DNA of 64,000 bases from Malacoraja senta (GCA_038087875.1 JAXLNO010000146.1:806001-870000); one strand, 5' to 3'; shown: positions 38,661 to 51,396, counted from the first letter of the stretch. A program made the numbers and translations. The notes: generated by a model from the letters alone, not told the origin.

Positions 38661-39044
38661 CTGACCCGCTGAGTTACTCCAGCACTTTGTGAAACGTCAC
38701 AGAACAGGGCAAGATTAGTAAGTTTGCTGATGATGCGGAAGTGAGTGATTTTGCATATAGTGAAGATGGTTGTGAAAGATTGCAGCAGGATCTGGCTTAA
38801 TTAGCCAAGTGGGCAGAGGAATGGTTGATGGTTGCATGGTTCCTTGAAGGTCGTATCGCAGGTACATCAGGTGGTCAAAATGTATTTTGGCACTTTGGCC
38901 TTCATCAGTCAGAGTATTGAGTATAGAAGTTGGGAGGTCATGTTGCAGTTGTATAAGACGTTCGTGAGACCGCATTTAGAATAATGTGTTCAGTTCTGGG
39001 CACCATGTTATAGGAAAGATGTCAAACTGAAAAGACTACAGAAA

Positions 39045-40835
39045 TCCCCATCCTGGATCAGTCCAATCAGGGTTGTGTCATCCACAAACTTGAGAAGCTT
39101 GACAGAGGTGTCTGTGGAGGTGCAGTCATTGGTGTGGCGAGAGTAGAGAGGGGAGAGTACACATCTTGCGGTACTCCTATACTGAGCGTTTGCGGGTCCG
39201 AGATGTGCTTTCCTGTCTCACATGCTGCTTCCTGTCTGTCAGAAAGCTGGTGATCCACTGACAGAGTGGTTCAGGCACAGTCAACTCAGAAAGTTTGGAG
39301 CGTAGTAGCTCTGGCACAATGGTGTTGAATGCAGAGCTAAAATCAACAAACAAAATCCTCGCATAGGTCCCCTGGCGGTCCCCTGGAGGGATGAAACATA
39401 GAAACATAGAAAATAGGTGCAGGAGTAGGCCATTCGGCCCTTCAAGCCTGCATTCAATATGATCATGGCTGATCATCCAAATCAGTATCCTGTTCCTGCC
39501 TTCTCTCCATACCCCCTGATCCCTTTAGCCACAAGGGCCACATCTAACTCCCTCTTAAATATAGCCAATGAACTGGCCTCAACTATCTTCTGTGGCAGAG
39601 AATTCCACAGATTCACCACTCTCTGTGTGAAAAATGTTTTTCTCATCTCGGTCCTAAAAGACTTCCCCCATATCCTTAAACTGTGACCCCTTGTTATGGA
39701 CATCCCCAACATCGGGAACAATCTTCCTGCATCTAGCCTGTCCAACCCTTTAAGAATTTTGTAAATTTCTATAAGATCCCCCCTCAATCTTCTAAATTCT
39801 AGCGAGTACAAGCCGAGTCTATCCAGTCTTCTTCATATGAAAGTCCTTCCATCCCAGGAATCAGTTTGTGAACCTTCTGTGTACTCCCTCTATGGCAAGA
39901 ATGTCTTTCCTCAGATTAGGAGACCAAAACTGTACGCAATACTCCAGGTGTGGTCTCACCAAGACCCTGTACAACTGCAGTAGAACCTCCCTGCTCTTAT
40001 ACTCAAATCCTTTTGCTATGAATGCTAACATACCATTCGCTTTCTTCACTGCCTGCTGCACCTGCATGCCTACTTTCAATGACTGGTGTACCTTGATACC
40101 CAGGTCTCTTTGCATCTCCCCTTTTCCTAATCGGCCACCATTCAGATAATAAATGAAGTGCAGGCCAGATTGACTGCGTCATCCACAGATCTATTGGCCC
40201 AATATGCAAAATGCAGTAGGTCCAGCAGAGGGATTGTGATATTTTTCAGCTTGGCCAGCACAAGCCTTTCAACGGTCTTCATGACTACAGAGGTCAGTGT
40301 GACAAGCCTGTAGTCATTAAGACCAGTAATCCTTACCTTTTTGGGTACAGGGACAATAGTGGAGACTTTGAAGCAGGCAGGGACAATACATGTTTGCAGG
40401 GACTGATTAAAAATTAGTAATTGGGTGTGAAGTGTTGGTTGGGGTGGAAAGGGTCCACTCTTTTCATACTGGATTCTTACCTTAAGTAGGTGTGAAGTGG
40501 TGAATGGGAAGGAGAGGGTGCAGGGTCCATTCTTTGCAGACTGGAGTCTGGCTGTGTTTGTTGGGGAGGGGGTACCAGGGTTACGTTTCTGATTTTCAGA
40601 CCTGCAGTAAAACTCATTCAGGTTGTTCGTCAGCTGACGATTGTCCAAAGAGTGGGGGGCTTTCCTCTTTTTGCTGGTGATTTCTTGTATGCCCATCCAA
40701 ATTGAAGAAGAGTCACTAGCTGAGAACTTGCTCCTCAACTTCTCAGAGTCACTTTCCTTGGCAGCTCTGATTCCTCTTCTCAGCTCTTTAACGATTAGGC
40801 TATCTTTTAACTCTTTAACGATGAGGCTATCGGCT
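39045..40835 (-). mobile_element. Rex1/Babar LINE RT region interrupted by a CR1 (39394-40151)
   Basis: [24 protein letters not shown]...[27 protein letters not shown] resumes on the other side of the CR1. Confidence 0.85.
39394..40151 (-). mobile_element. 5'-truncated CR1 LINE
   Basis: QRDLG...VKKANGMLAFI...FFTQRVVNLWNSLP plus tail. Confidence 0.9.
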
Positions 40836-40849
40836 TGACGCATATTTGT

Positions 40850-42066
40850 CCCCACCCCCTCTCGAAATGGAAGTGTTACATATAATGATCCCATTAAAAT
40901 GTATATTTATGTCACAAAGTATGGATTTCATATTTTTCAGTATTGTTATCAAGGAAAAGAAAGCAGATCCAATTGTTTGATATTGTTTAAAATTATTCAT
41001 ATGGAGGAGAAAATATAATAGCTCTAAAACCTACCTTAACTTTGCAATCTCACTAAAGATAATCCCCCTTCCCCTCTTCCCTCCCGCATCTCTCTCTCCC
41101 CTCCCTTCCCCTCTCTCTCCCCCTCCCACATCCATCCCCCTCTTTCTGGCGGGGGGCGAAGATGAAGGTGGCGTGGGCCCAGCGGGGGTGGCATGGGCCC
41201 AGCGGGGGTGGCGTGGGCCCAGCGGGGGTGGCGTGGGCCCAGCGGGGGTGGCGTGGGCCCAGCGGGCGTCATTGGGGGTGGTGTGGGCCCAGCGGGGGTG
41301 GCGTGGGCCCTGCGGGGTGGCGTGGGCCCAGTGGGGGTCATTGGGGGTGGCGTGGGCCCAGCGGGGGTGGCGTGGGCCCAGCGGGGGTCATTGGGGGTGG
41401 CGTGGGCCCAGCGGGGGTGGCGTGGGGGGAAGATGGCTTGGGCCCCGGCGGCGAGGGAAGGCGAGGGGTGTGGGCCCCGCCATAACGGCGTCTGGTGTTG
41501 GGGTTACAGCCGCTAGGTTCAGATTCAGCCACCCCCCCCCCCCCCAGCGACGGGAGAACGGTCTCCTGGTCGCCTGGCTGGCCGTTGGCGAGGCTCAGAC
41601 GCCGTGGATGGAGACGATGGACCGGGCAGGCAGACACCACACCCTGCAACCCGCACCCCCCCGGGCCCGGAGAAATGGGCACTCCCTTATCCCGCGGGCC
41701 AGATTAGACCCCCTCATGGGTAGTTTGAACCGAGGATAAAAAACATACTCTCCCTCCTGTAATGCAATATTCCACTACTTACCTGGAGTAGACGACACGA
41801 GGCATCGAGCTCAATGTGTGGAATGCAAAACGCGCCGAGAGACGGTGTCATTTTGCGTCGCTACCCCAACTGCGCAGGCGTGGATGGTCACAATTTTTTC
41901 TCCCAAATCATCCAGCGACCGGAACCAGAATTTCAGGCGCTTTTCCGACAAAGTGGAAACACTGATTTTTTCTCCAATTTTTTTTTCCCCTCAGGATTTT
42001 TTCTTACTCTGGCGGAAAAAAGGGGGGTGCGGTCGTACCCAAAGCACCCCCCTTCGGACGGCCATG
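40850..42066. mobile_element. Probable hAT-like DNA transposon fragment (only one end visible)
   Basis: Terminus GGGGGGTGC-n13-GCACCCCCC TTCGGACGGCCATG abuts the CR1; CpG-rich interior; no second TIR found. Confidence 0.4.
41167..41430. repeat. 20-bp G-rich minisatellite (cagcgggggtggcgtgggcc)n
   Basis: About 12 units, some with a gtcattggg insert. Confidence 0.9.
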
Positions 42067-44315
42067 CGGTACCCCACTAGTCACTGCCTGCCATTCTGAA
42101 AAGGACCCGTTTACTCCTACTCTTTGCTTCCTGTCTGCCAGCCAGGTCTCTATCCACATCAATACCCCCAATACCGTGTGCTTTAAGTTTGTATTCTAAT
42201 CTCTTATGTGGGACCTTGTCGAAAGGCTTCTGAAAGTCCAGATATAACACATCCACTGGTTCTCCCTTATCCACTCTACTAGTTACATCCTCGAAATTTT
42301 TTATAAAATTCGTCAGACATGATTTACCTTTCATAAATCCATGCTGACTTTGTCCAATGATTTCACCATTTTCCAAATGTGCTGCTATCCCATCTTTAAT
42401 AACTGAGTCTAGCAGTTTCCCCACTACCGATGTTAGACTAACTGGGATGTAATTCCCCGTTTTCCCTCTCCCTCCCTTTTTAAAAAGTGGGGTTACATTA
42501 GCTACGCTCCAATCCTCAGGAACTAATCCAGAATCTAAAGAGTTTTGAAAAATTATCACTAATGCATCCACTATTTCTGGGGCTACTTCCTTAAGTACTC
42601 TGGGATGCAGCCTGTCTGGCCCTGGGGATTTATCGGCCTTTAATCCATTCAATTTACCTAACACCACTTCCCGGCAAAACCTGGATTTCACTCAGTTCCT
42701 CCAACTCATTTGATCCCCAGTCCCCTGCTATTTCCGGCAGATTATTTGTCTTCCTTAGTGAAGACGGAACCAAAGTAGTTATTCAATTGGTCCGCCATAT
42801 CCTTGTTCCCCATGATCAATTCACCTGTTTCTGACTGCAAGGGACCTACATTTGTTTTAACTAATCTCTTTCTCTTCACATATCTATAAAAACTTTTGCA
42901 GTCAGTTTTTATGTTCCCTGCCAGTTTCCTTTCATAATCTATTTTCCCTTTCCTAATTAAGCCCTTTGTCCTCCTCTGCTGGTCTCTGAATTTCTCCCAG
43001 TCCTCTGGTATGCTTCTTTTTCTGGCTAATTTGTACGCATCATCTTTTGTTTTGATACTATCCCTGATTTCCCTTGTTATCCACGGATGCACTACCTTCC
43101 CTGATTTATTCTTTTGCCAAACTGGGATGAACAATTGTTGTAGTTCATCCATGCAGTCTTTAAATGCCTTCCATTGCATATCCATCGTCAACCCTTTAAG
43201 AATCAATTGCCAGTCTACCTTGGCCAATTCATGACTCATTCCCTCAAAGTTACCTTTCTTTAAGTTCAGAACCCTTGTTTCAGAATTAATTATGTCACTC
43301 TCCATCCTAATGAAGAACTCAACCATATTATGGTCACGGTCACTCTTGCCCAAGGGGCCACACACAACAAGACTGCAAACTAACCCTTCCTCATTACTCA
43401 ATACGCAGTCTAGAATAGGGTGCTCTCTCGTTGGTTCCTCTACATGTTGGTTTAGAAAGCTATCCCACATACATCCCAAGAAATCCTCTTCCTCAGCACC
43501 CCTGCCAATTTGATTCACCCAATCTATATGTAGATTGAAGTCACCCATTATAACTGTTTTACCTTTGTTGCACACATTTCTAATTTCCTGTTTGATGCCA
43601 TCCCCAACTCCACTACTACTGTTAGGTGGCCTGTATACAACACCCACCAGCGTTTTCTGCCCCTTAGTGTTTCGCAGCTCTACCCATATCGATTCAACAT
43701 CCTCCAAGCTAATGTCCTTCCTTTCTATTGCATTAATCTCCTCTCTAACCAGCAACGCTACCCCACCTCCTTTTCCTTTCTGTCTATCCCTCCTGAATAT
43801 TGAATATCCATGGATGTTCAGCTCCCAGCCTTGGTCACCCTGGAGCCATGTCTCCGTGATCCCAACTATATCATAATCATTAATAGCTATCTGCACATTC
43901 AACTCATCCACCTTATTACGAATGCTCCTTGCATTGAGACACAAAGCCTTCAGGCTTGTTTTTACAACACTCTTACCCCTTATACAATTATGTTGAAAAG
44001 TGGCCCTTTTTGATTTTTGCCCTGGATGTGTCTGCCTGCCACATTTACTTTTCACATTGCTACCTATTGCTTCTACCCTCATTTTACACCCCTCTGTCTC
44101 TCTGCTCACACATTTAAGAAACCCACCACCTCTTATTCGCTGTTTATTATCTTTTTCTTCTTTCCTCCCTACATGTTGGGTCTGATTGCTTCCCTTCTCT
44201 GCCTCCTGCCTCACACACTGTCTACAAGCTTTCTCTATTTGAGTCCCTCCCCCCAACCGTTCTAGTTTAAAGTCTCCCCAGTAGCCTTTGCAAATCTCCC
44301 CACCAGGATATTGGT
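42066..44315 (-). mobile_element. CR1 LINE: ORF1 end, APE endonuclease and first half of RT
   Basis: LNARSIRNKVDEL...GITETWL...GVVYRPPN...MGDFN...DHNMVEF (504-aa ORF) and NYIPVSLTS...QHGFMKGKSCLTN. Confidence 0.95.
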
Positions 44316-44373
44316 AGCACCGATGTTACCGCTGCGCCACCATGTTGTGTATGAGGCAGAGGGTCTCCATTAC

Positions 44374-45568
44374 CTTTCTTTGTAGCTCCTCAGGTGTATC
44401 GTCAGTTGTGGCGTCAGCCACGTCTGCAGCGGTGTCATCAGCGGTGTGAGCGTCGGTGTCTGTGGCCATGTCGGTGTCCGTGTTGGCGGTGTCGGTGGCT
44501 CTGTCGGTGGTCGTATCGGCGGCGGTGGCTATCGCCATGTCGGTGTCCGTTTTGGTGGTGTCGGTGTCCGTGTTGGTGGTGTCGGTGTCCGTGTCTGTGG
44601 CCCTGTTTGTGGTTGTGTCGGCGATGTTGTCTGCAGCGATGTTTTCGGTGCCGGTGCCGGCGTCAGCGATGTTGTTGGTGCCGGTGTTGGCGATATTGTA
44701 GGTGCCAGTGCCGGCGATGTTGTCGGTGCCGGTGCCGGTGTGGGTGATGTTGTAAGTGCCGGTGTCGGCGATGTTGTAGGTGCCGGTGTTGGTGATGTTG
44801 CAAGTGCCGGTGTTGGTGATGTTGCCGGCAGCGATCTTGTCGGTGCCGGTGTTGGTGATGTTGTCGGCAGCGACGTTGTAGGTGCCGGTGTCGGTGATGT
44901 TGTCGGTGCCGGTGTCGGTGATGTTGTCGGCAGCGATGTTGTAAGTGCCGGTGTCGGTGATGTTGTCGGCGGCGATATTGTCGGTGCCGGTGTCGGTGAT
45001 GTTGTCGGCAGCGATGTTGTAGGTGCCGGTGTCGGTGATGTTGTCGGTGCCGGTGTCGGTGATGTCGGCAGCGATGTTGTCGGTGATGTTGTCGGCAGCG
45101 ATGTTGTCGGCAGCGATGTTGGTGATGTTGTCGGCAGCGATGTTGTCGGTGCCGGTGTTGGTGATGTTGTCGGCAGTGATGTTGTCGGTGCCGGTGTTGG
45201 TGATGTTGTCGGCAGTGATGTTGTCGGTGCCGGTGTTGGTGATGTTGTCGGCAGCGATGTTGTCGGTGCCGGTGTCGACGATGTTGTGGGTGCCGGTGTC
45301 GGCGATGTTGTGGGTGCCGGTGTCGGCGAAGTTGTCGGTGCCGGTCTTGGCGATGTTGACGGTGCCGGTCTCAGTGATGTTGTCGGTGCCGGTGTCGGCG
45401 ATGTTGCCGGTGCCGGTGTCGGCGATGTTGCCGGTGCCGGTGTCTGCAGCGATGTTGTCTGCGGTGATCTTGTTGGTGCCGGTGATCTTGTTGGTGCCGA
45501 TGGTCTTGTCGGTGCCGGTGGCTGCGGCGATGTTGTCTGCGGTGTCAGTGGCCGTGTCTGAAAAGAGC
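44374..45568 (-). CDS. RGL1: RGL1-like gene: linker exon expanded by a Thr/Asp/Asn/Ile/Gly/Ala tandem repeat (1195 nt, phase 2-0)
   Basis: Acceptor ctccctactcgcag|G CTC TTT TCA GAC (R-LFSD) and donor AGA AAG|gtaatg. No stop in this frame (ORF 44326..45585). Ends TTDDTPEELQRK, resembling RGL1 TPMDTPDEPQKK (recalled), and joins in phase 0 to the next exon SLPSTHSMD. Confidence 0.8.
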
Positions 45569-46007
45569 CTGCGAGTAGGGAGCACAATCCATCAGCACAC
45601 CCATCCAGAGAAGCCATGCCTTTCCGGATGGGTCACAGGGAGAACATGCAAACTCCACACACACACACACACACACACACACAGCCGAAGGAGAAGGCAC
45701 ACGGTCACAGGGAGAACGTGCGAACTCCATACACACACACACACAGCACTCGAGTTCAGCATCAAACTCATTCCCAGCCTCGGCAAGTCCATCAGCATAA
45801 TCAAGGACAAGTCACATACTGGCCACTCCCTCTTTTCCCCTCTCCCATCAGGCAAAAGGTATAGAAGTGTGAAAACGCACAGATTCAGGGACAGTTTCTT
45901 CCCAGCAGTTGTCAGGCAACTGAACTATCCTACCCCAACCAGAGAGCAGTGCTGAACTACTATCTACCTCATTGATAGTACTCCCTCTATACTCATGACT
46001 GAGTAGC

Positions 46008-46926
46008 CGGTCACAGTGCGAACTCCATCATCAAGTTCGCTGACGACACCACTGTTGTGGGACGTATCACTGATGGGGATGAGTCAGAGTATAGAAGAGA
46101 GATCAAGCGACTGTTATATGGTGCCAGCACAATAACCTGGCCCTCAACACCAGCAAAACCAAGGAACTGATTGTGGACTTTGGAAGGAGTAGGATGGGGT
46201 CCCACAGCCCCGTTTATATCTACGGGTCGATGGTTGAAAGGGTCAAGAGCTTCAAATTCCTGGGCGTGCACATATCTGAAGGTCTTTCCTGGTCCGAGAA
46301 CACTAATGCAATCATCAAGAAAGCTCATCAGCGCCTCTACTTCCTGAGAAGACTATGGAGAGTCGGTGTGTTAAGGAGGACTCTCTCTAACCTCTACAGG
46401 TGCACAGTAGAGAGCTTGCCCAGTTGCATCGTGGCTTGGTACGGCCACTTGAGTGCCCTGGAGAGGAAAAGACTACATAAAGTAGTAAACACTGCCCAGT
46501 CCATCATCGGCTCTGACCTCACTTCCATCGAGGGGATTTATCGCAGTCGCTGCCTCAAAAAGGCTGGAAGTATCATCAAAGACCCACACCATCCTGGCCA
46601 CACACTCATCTCCCTGCTTCCTTCAGGTAGAAGGTACAGGAGCCTGAAGACTGCAACAACCAGGTTCAGGAATAGCTACTACCCGACAGCCATCAGGCTA
46701 TTAAACCTGGCTCGGACAAAACTCTGATTATTAATAACCAATCATCTGCTTTTTGCACTTTATCATTTTATTTATTCATGTGTGTATATATTTATATTAT
46801 AATATATGGACACATTGATCTGTTTTGTAGTAAATGCCTACTATGTTCTGTGTGCTGAAGCAAAGCAAGAATTTCATTGTCCTATCAGGGACACATGACA
46901 ATAAACTCACTTGAACTTGAACTTGA
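46008..46926 (+). mobile_element. Rex1/Babar LINE 3' part
   Basis: IIKFADDTTVVG; VKSFKFLGVHISEGLSWS...KKAHQRLYFLRRL; (cttgaa)n tail. Confidence 0.88.
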
Positions 46927-47434
46927 TGGCCCTTGGTCTATATTTGATTGGACTTTACTGGGTTTATCTTGCACTAAACATTATTCCCTTATCATGCATC
47001 TGTACACTGTAAATCGCTCAACTGTAATCATGTATTGTCTTTCCACTGACTGGATAGCACGCAACAAAAAACTTCTCTGCACCTCGGTAAACGTGACAAT
47101 AAACTAAACTGACCCTGGTCTCTGGCACTGTGAGGCAGCAGCTCTAATGTAAATTGGCTTCTTTGAATTGTCCCCGAGCGTGTAGAATAACATAGAACTA
47201 GCGTGCGGGTGATCGTTGGTCAGCGTGGACTCGGTGGGCCAAAGGGCCAGTTTCCACGCTGTAGCTCTAAAACTAAACTAAGGAGGATTCAGCATATGTG
47301 GGGGATGGGAGCTAATTGAGATGGATAAGGATGCCAGAAACAAATTATGGCAGAATGAATAATGAACAGATGTTTAAAAACTGGAGGTCAATGGATGGTA
47401 TAAAACATAGTTTGAGAGAAAGATGAATGGGGAA

Positions 47435-48385
47435 AAAAGGCGTAGACTAATTTCTAAATGGGGTGAGAATCCAGAAATCGGAGGTGCAAAAGGACTTGGG
47501 AGTTCTGGTGCAGGATTCCCAAAAAGTTAATCAGCAAGACAAATCAGTGATAAAGAAGGCAAACGCAATAGTAGCACATTTAAAGAGGACTAGAATACAA
47601 AAACAGGGATGTAATGCTGAGGCTCTATAAGGTGCTGGTCAGGCCACATTTGGAGTATTGTGAGCAAATTCGTGCACCATATCTGAGGAAGGATGAGCTG
47701 GCTATGGAGAGGGTCCAGAGTAGGTTTACGAGAATGATCCCAGGAATGAACGGGTTAACCTATGATGAGCGTTTATGACGGCAGTGGGCCTGTACTCGCT
47801 GGAGTTCATTGAAATGCACCAAATAGTGAAAGGTTTGGACAGTATGGATGTGGATAGGATGTTTCCACTCATGGGAGAGTCTCGGACAAGGGTTCCCAGC
47901 CGGGGGTAAATTTACCCCCCATAGGGTACATTTCGCCTACCCAGGGGGCAAATTTATTGATTCTGGATTTGTACATATTTTTTCTCATTGACTGACTATG
48001 TTTGGTTCTGGTATACTGGTATCTGTTCATCATTAGTTATTCATAAATAAGTGAAAAAATATTGTAATGTGTTATTAAAGTTGCCAGGGGTAAATGGGAT
48101 GAAAAAGGTTGGCAACCCCTGGTCTAGGACCAGAGCCTCAGTATTAAAGGACATTCCTTTAAGAAGGAAATGAGGAATGTCCTTAGTCAGAGGGTGATGA
48201 ATCTGTGGAATTCACTGTGGAGGCCAAGTCATTGGATATTTTTAAAGATAGATTCTTGATTAGAACGAGTGTCAGGGGTTATGGGGAGAAGTCAGGAGAA
48301 TGGGGTTGATAGGGAAAGATAGATCAGCCATAATTAATGGTGGAGTAGACTTGGTGGCCAAATGGCCTATTTCTGCTCCTGTAAC
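47435..48385 (+). mobile_element. Old CR1 LINE 3' part
   Basis: Degenerate ORF2 end and CR1 3' UTR. Confidence 0.8.
47887..48121. mobile_element. hAT-Charlie-type MITE (235 bp)
   Basis: TIR CAAGGGTTCCCAGCC / GGTTGGCAACCCCTG; 8-bp TSD GTCTCGGA / GTCTAGGA; splits a CR1. Confidence 0.85.
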
Positions 48386-51300
48386 TTGTGAGCGAGGTGT
48401 CAATGTTACCTGAGGTGGTAACATATGATGGACAAGTAAAAGGGATTGTGGTGATGTCCAGGATGCAGAGAGTATTGCTCAACATGGTGAAATGATGCAC
48501 TGCCATTCCTTCTAAGCTTACTTTAGAGATACAGCATGGAAACAGGCCGTTCGGCCACTAAGTACGCGCCAACCAGCGATCACCCGTACACTATGTCTAC
48601 CCTACTCACTGGGGACAATTTTCAGAATTAATCTACACACCTGCACATCTTTGGAATGAGGGGGGAAATCGGAGCACCCGGAGAAAACACATACAGTCAC
48701 AGAGAGAACGTACAAACTCTAGTCCCACCTGCCTGCATTTGGCCCATACCCCTCTCAACCTTTCCTATTTCCAGACCTGTCAAAATGTCTTTTAAATCGA
48801 AGATAAGACACAAAATGCTGGAGTAACTCAGCGGGACGGGCAGCATCTCTGGAGAGAAGGAATGGGTGACGTTTCATGTTGAGACCCTTCTTCAGAGTGA
48901 TGACGAGAGTGGGCACAGAGATAAAATGTAGTCAGAGACAGTGAGACTCGTGAGAGAACTGGGAAGGGGGAGGGCTGGAGAGAGAGGGAAAGCAAGGGCT
49001 ACTTGAAGTTAGAGAAGTCAATGTTCATACCACTGGGGTGTAAGCTGCCCAGGCAAAATTTGAGGGGCTGTTCATAAGTTCATAAGTGATAGGAGCTGAA
49101 GTAGGACATTCGGCCCATCAAGTCTACTCCGCCATTCAATCATGGCTGATCTATCTCTCCCTCCTAACCCTGTTCTCCTGCATTCTCCACATAACCCCTG
49201 ACATCCGCACTAATAAAAAATCTATCCATCTCTGTCAGTCTGAAGAAAGGTCTTGACCCGAAATGTCGCATATTCCTTCTCTCCATAAATGCTTCCTCAC
49301 ACGCTCAGTTCCTCCCGCATTTTTGTCTCCCTTGGATATTTCCAACATCTGCAGTTGCTTTCTTAAACAAAAATCTCTCTATCTCTGCCTTTGAAATATC
49401 CATTGACAGCCTCCACAGCCTTCTGTGGCAAAGAATTCCACACAATCACCACCCTCTGACTAGCAGCAATTGTGAAAACAGTCTTAGACAACTGGGTACC
49501 TCCAACCACCCTAATGTCAGGCCTCAGGAATCATACATGTTTACATGTATCAAACATTGCTAATTATGACCAATGTAGTGAGCTGCAGCCAATGCTCACG
49601 CTAAACCCACTAAATTATTTAATTTTCTTTAAACAGATCTCCTGGCAACAACTTCAAGGAAGCTAATTTCAATTTGATCATCCAAACCCTACCTCCAATT
49701 TGCACTGGGCCTCACTCTGACAATGGAGGAGGCCAAGGACAGAAAGGTCAGTGTGGGAATGGGAGGAGAATTAAGTGTTGAGCAACCGGGAGATCAGGTA
49801 GGTTCTCCAGTAAAGTCTCGGAGGATAATCCAGAAAGGCTCTGGAACCAAAAGGCTCTACTCACCATGGAGGGCAATGTCAAAGATCAATGAAAAACCAA
49901 AGATAGACACAAAAGGCTGGAGGAACTCAGTGGGACAGACAGCATCTCTGGAGAAAAGGGGCAGGTGACGTTTCGGGTCACAAAGTAAATCTTTCCCATC
50001 TCACCTTCAACCTATGTCCTCTCGTTCTTGGTTCCCAAACCCTGCGTAACATACTGCATTCATTTTATCTATTCCCCTCACGGTCTTGTACGCCTCTCTA
50101 AGGTCAGCCTTCACCCTCCTGCACACCAAACATGCTCAACCTCTCCCTATGGCTCAGACCCTCAAGTCCTGGCAACATCCATCGTAAATAGATACAAAAA
50201 GCTGGAGTAACTCAGCGGGACAGGCAGCATCTCTGGAGAGAAGGATTGGGTGACATTTCGGGTGATCCTTCTTCAGACTACCAAAGTAAATCTCGATACA
50301 AATCAAAAGCACATAAATCGACAAGGCCGTAAAGTTTAATTTGGCATTTGGAAGGTGAATTGGCAGGATATAATTAATGCTGCTGCACAAAACCCTTTGT
50401 CGAGAATGTGGCGCAGTCGTTACTTACGAAAGATTGCAGCCAAAAATGCCTTGCGCATTCTGAATGGCCACATAATGGAACAGAGCGTCTATTAATTAAT
50501 TATTACACGGGGCGTGCTGCGGAGTAGGAATAATTGATTACTTCATCGGTTGCCTGAGCTCTGCATTATTTCCCCTCTGTGTGATGTACGGAAATAGCTT
50601 AAAATAGTAAGGTTGTGGTTTCACATGGATAGTTCGATAGTAGCGGTGAATTTATAACTCGAAGGACCTGCTCAAAGAGAGATACAACGTGGAAACAGGC
50701 TTCTCAACTCAACTTGCCCACACCGACCAAAATGTCCCTGCTACACTAGTCCCACCTGCCTGTATTTGGTACATATCCCTCTAAATCTACCTCCTCTGGC
50801 AGCTCGCTCCACACACCTTCTATCCTCTGTGTAAAAAAGTGGCCCCTCAGGTTCCTATTAAATCTTTCACCCCACACCTGAAGCCTATGTCCTCTGGTTC
50901 TGGATTTCCTCAATTCTGGGTAAAAGACTCTGCATTTATCCAATCTATTCCTTTCATGATATTATACACTTCTATAAGATCAGCCTCCTGCACTCCATGG
51001 AATAAAGTCCTAGCCTGCCCAACCTCTCCCTATAGCTCAGGCCCTCGAGTCCTGGAAACATCTCGTAAATCTTCTCTGCTCCCTCTCCTCCAGATTGACA
51101 ACATCTTTCCTCTAACAGGGTTCATATGTGAAGCATAATGGACGGGTACTTGGATAGGAACGGTTTAGGAAGGTTATGGGCCAAACACAGGCAGGTGGGA
51201 CTAGTGTAGATGGGACATGTTGGTCGGTTTGAGTAAGTTGGGCCGAATGACCTGCTTGCATGTTGTGTGACTCTAGGCAGGAGAGATAGTTATCCAGTGT

Positions 51301-51396
51301 CGACTGAATCCATGAGTGGCTATTCATCCCAACCCCGGGAAAAGTACCTCAAACACTAACATCAAGCAGTGCACATACGCAAACAAACACAATGTA

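Noticed and set aside
44326..44373. ORF tail VMETLCLIHNMVAQR
   Set aside because: Lies after the AAG|gtaatg donor, and MVAQR is a SINE head remnant (catggtggcgcagcggta).
44529..45617. Mucin-like ORF (TTSPTPAP)n and the plus-strand GVGDVV / SVPVSAML ORFs over the same repeat
   Set aside because: Alternative frames of a codon-periodic repeat. Only the DTGTDNI frame has RGL-like ends and matching splice phases.
50422..50476. MWPFRMRKAFLAAIF|gtaagt candidate first exon
   Set aside because: Phase 1 fits only the secondary acceptor in the repeat exon (ttttcag|AC near 45557); no other support, so left uncalled.
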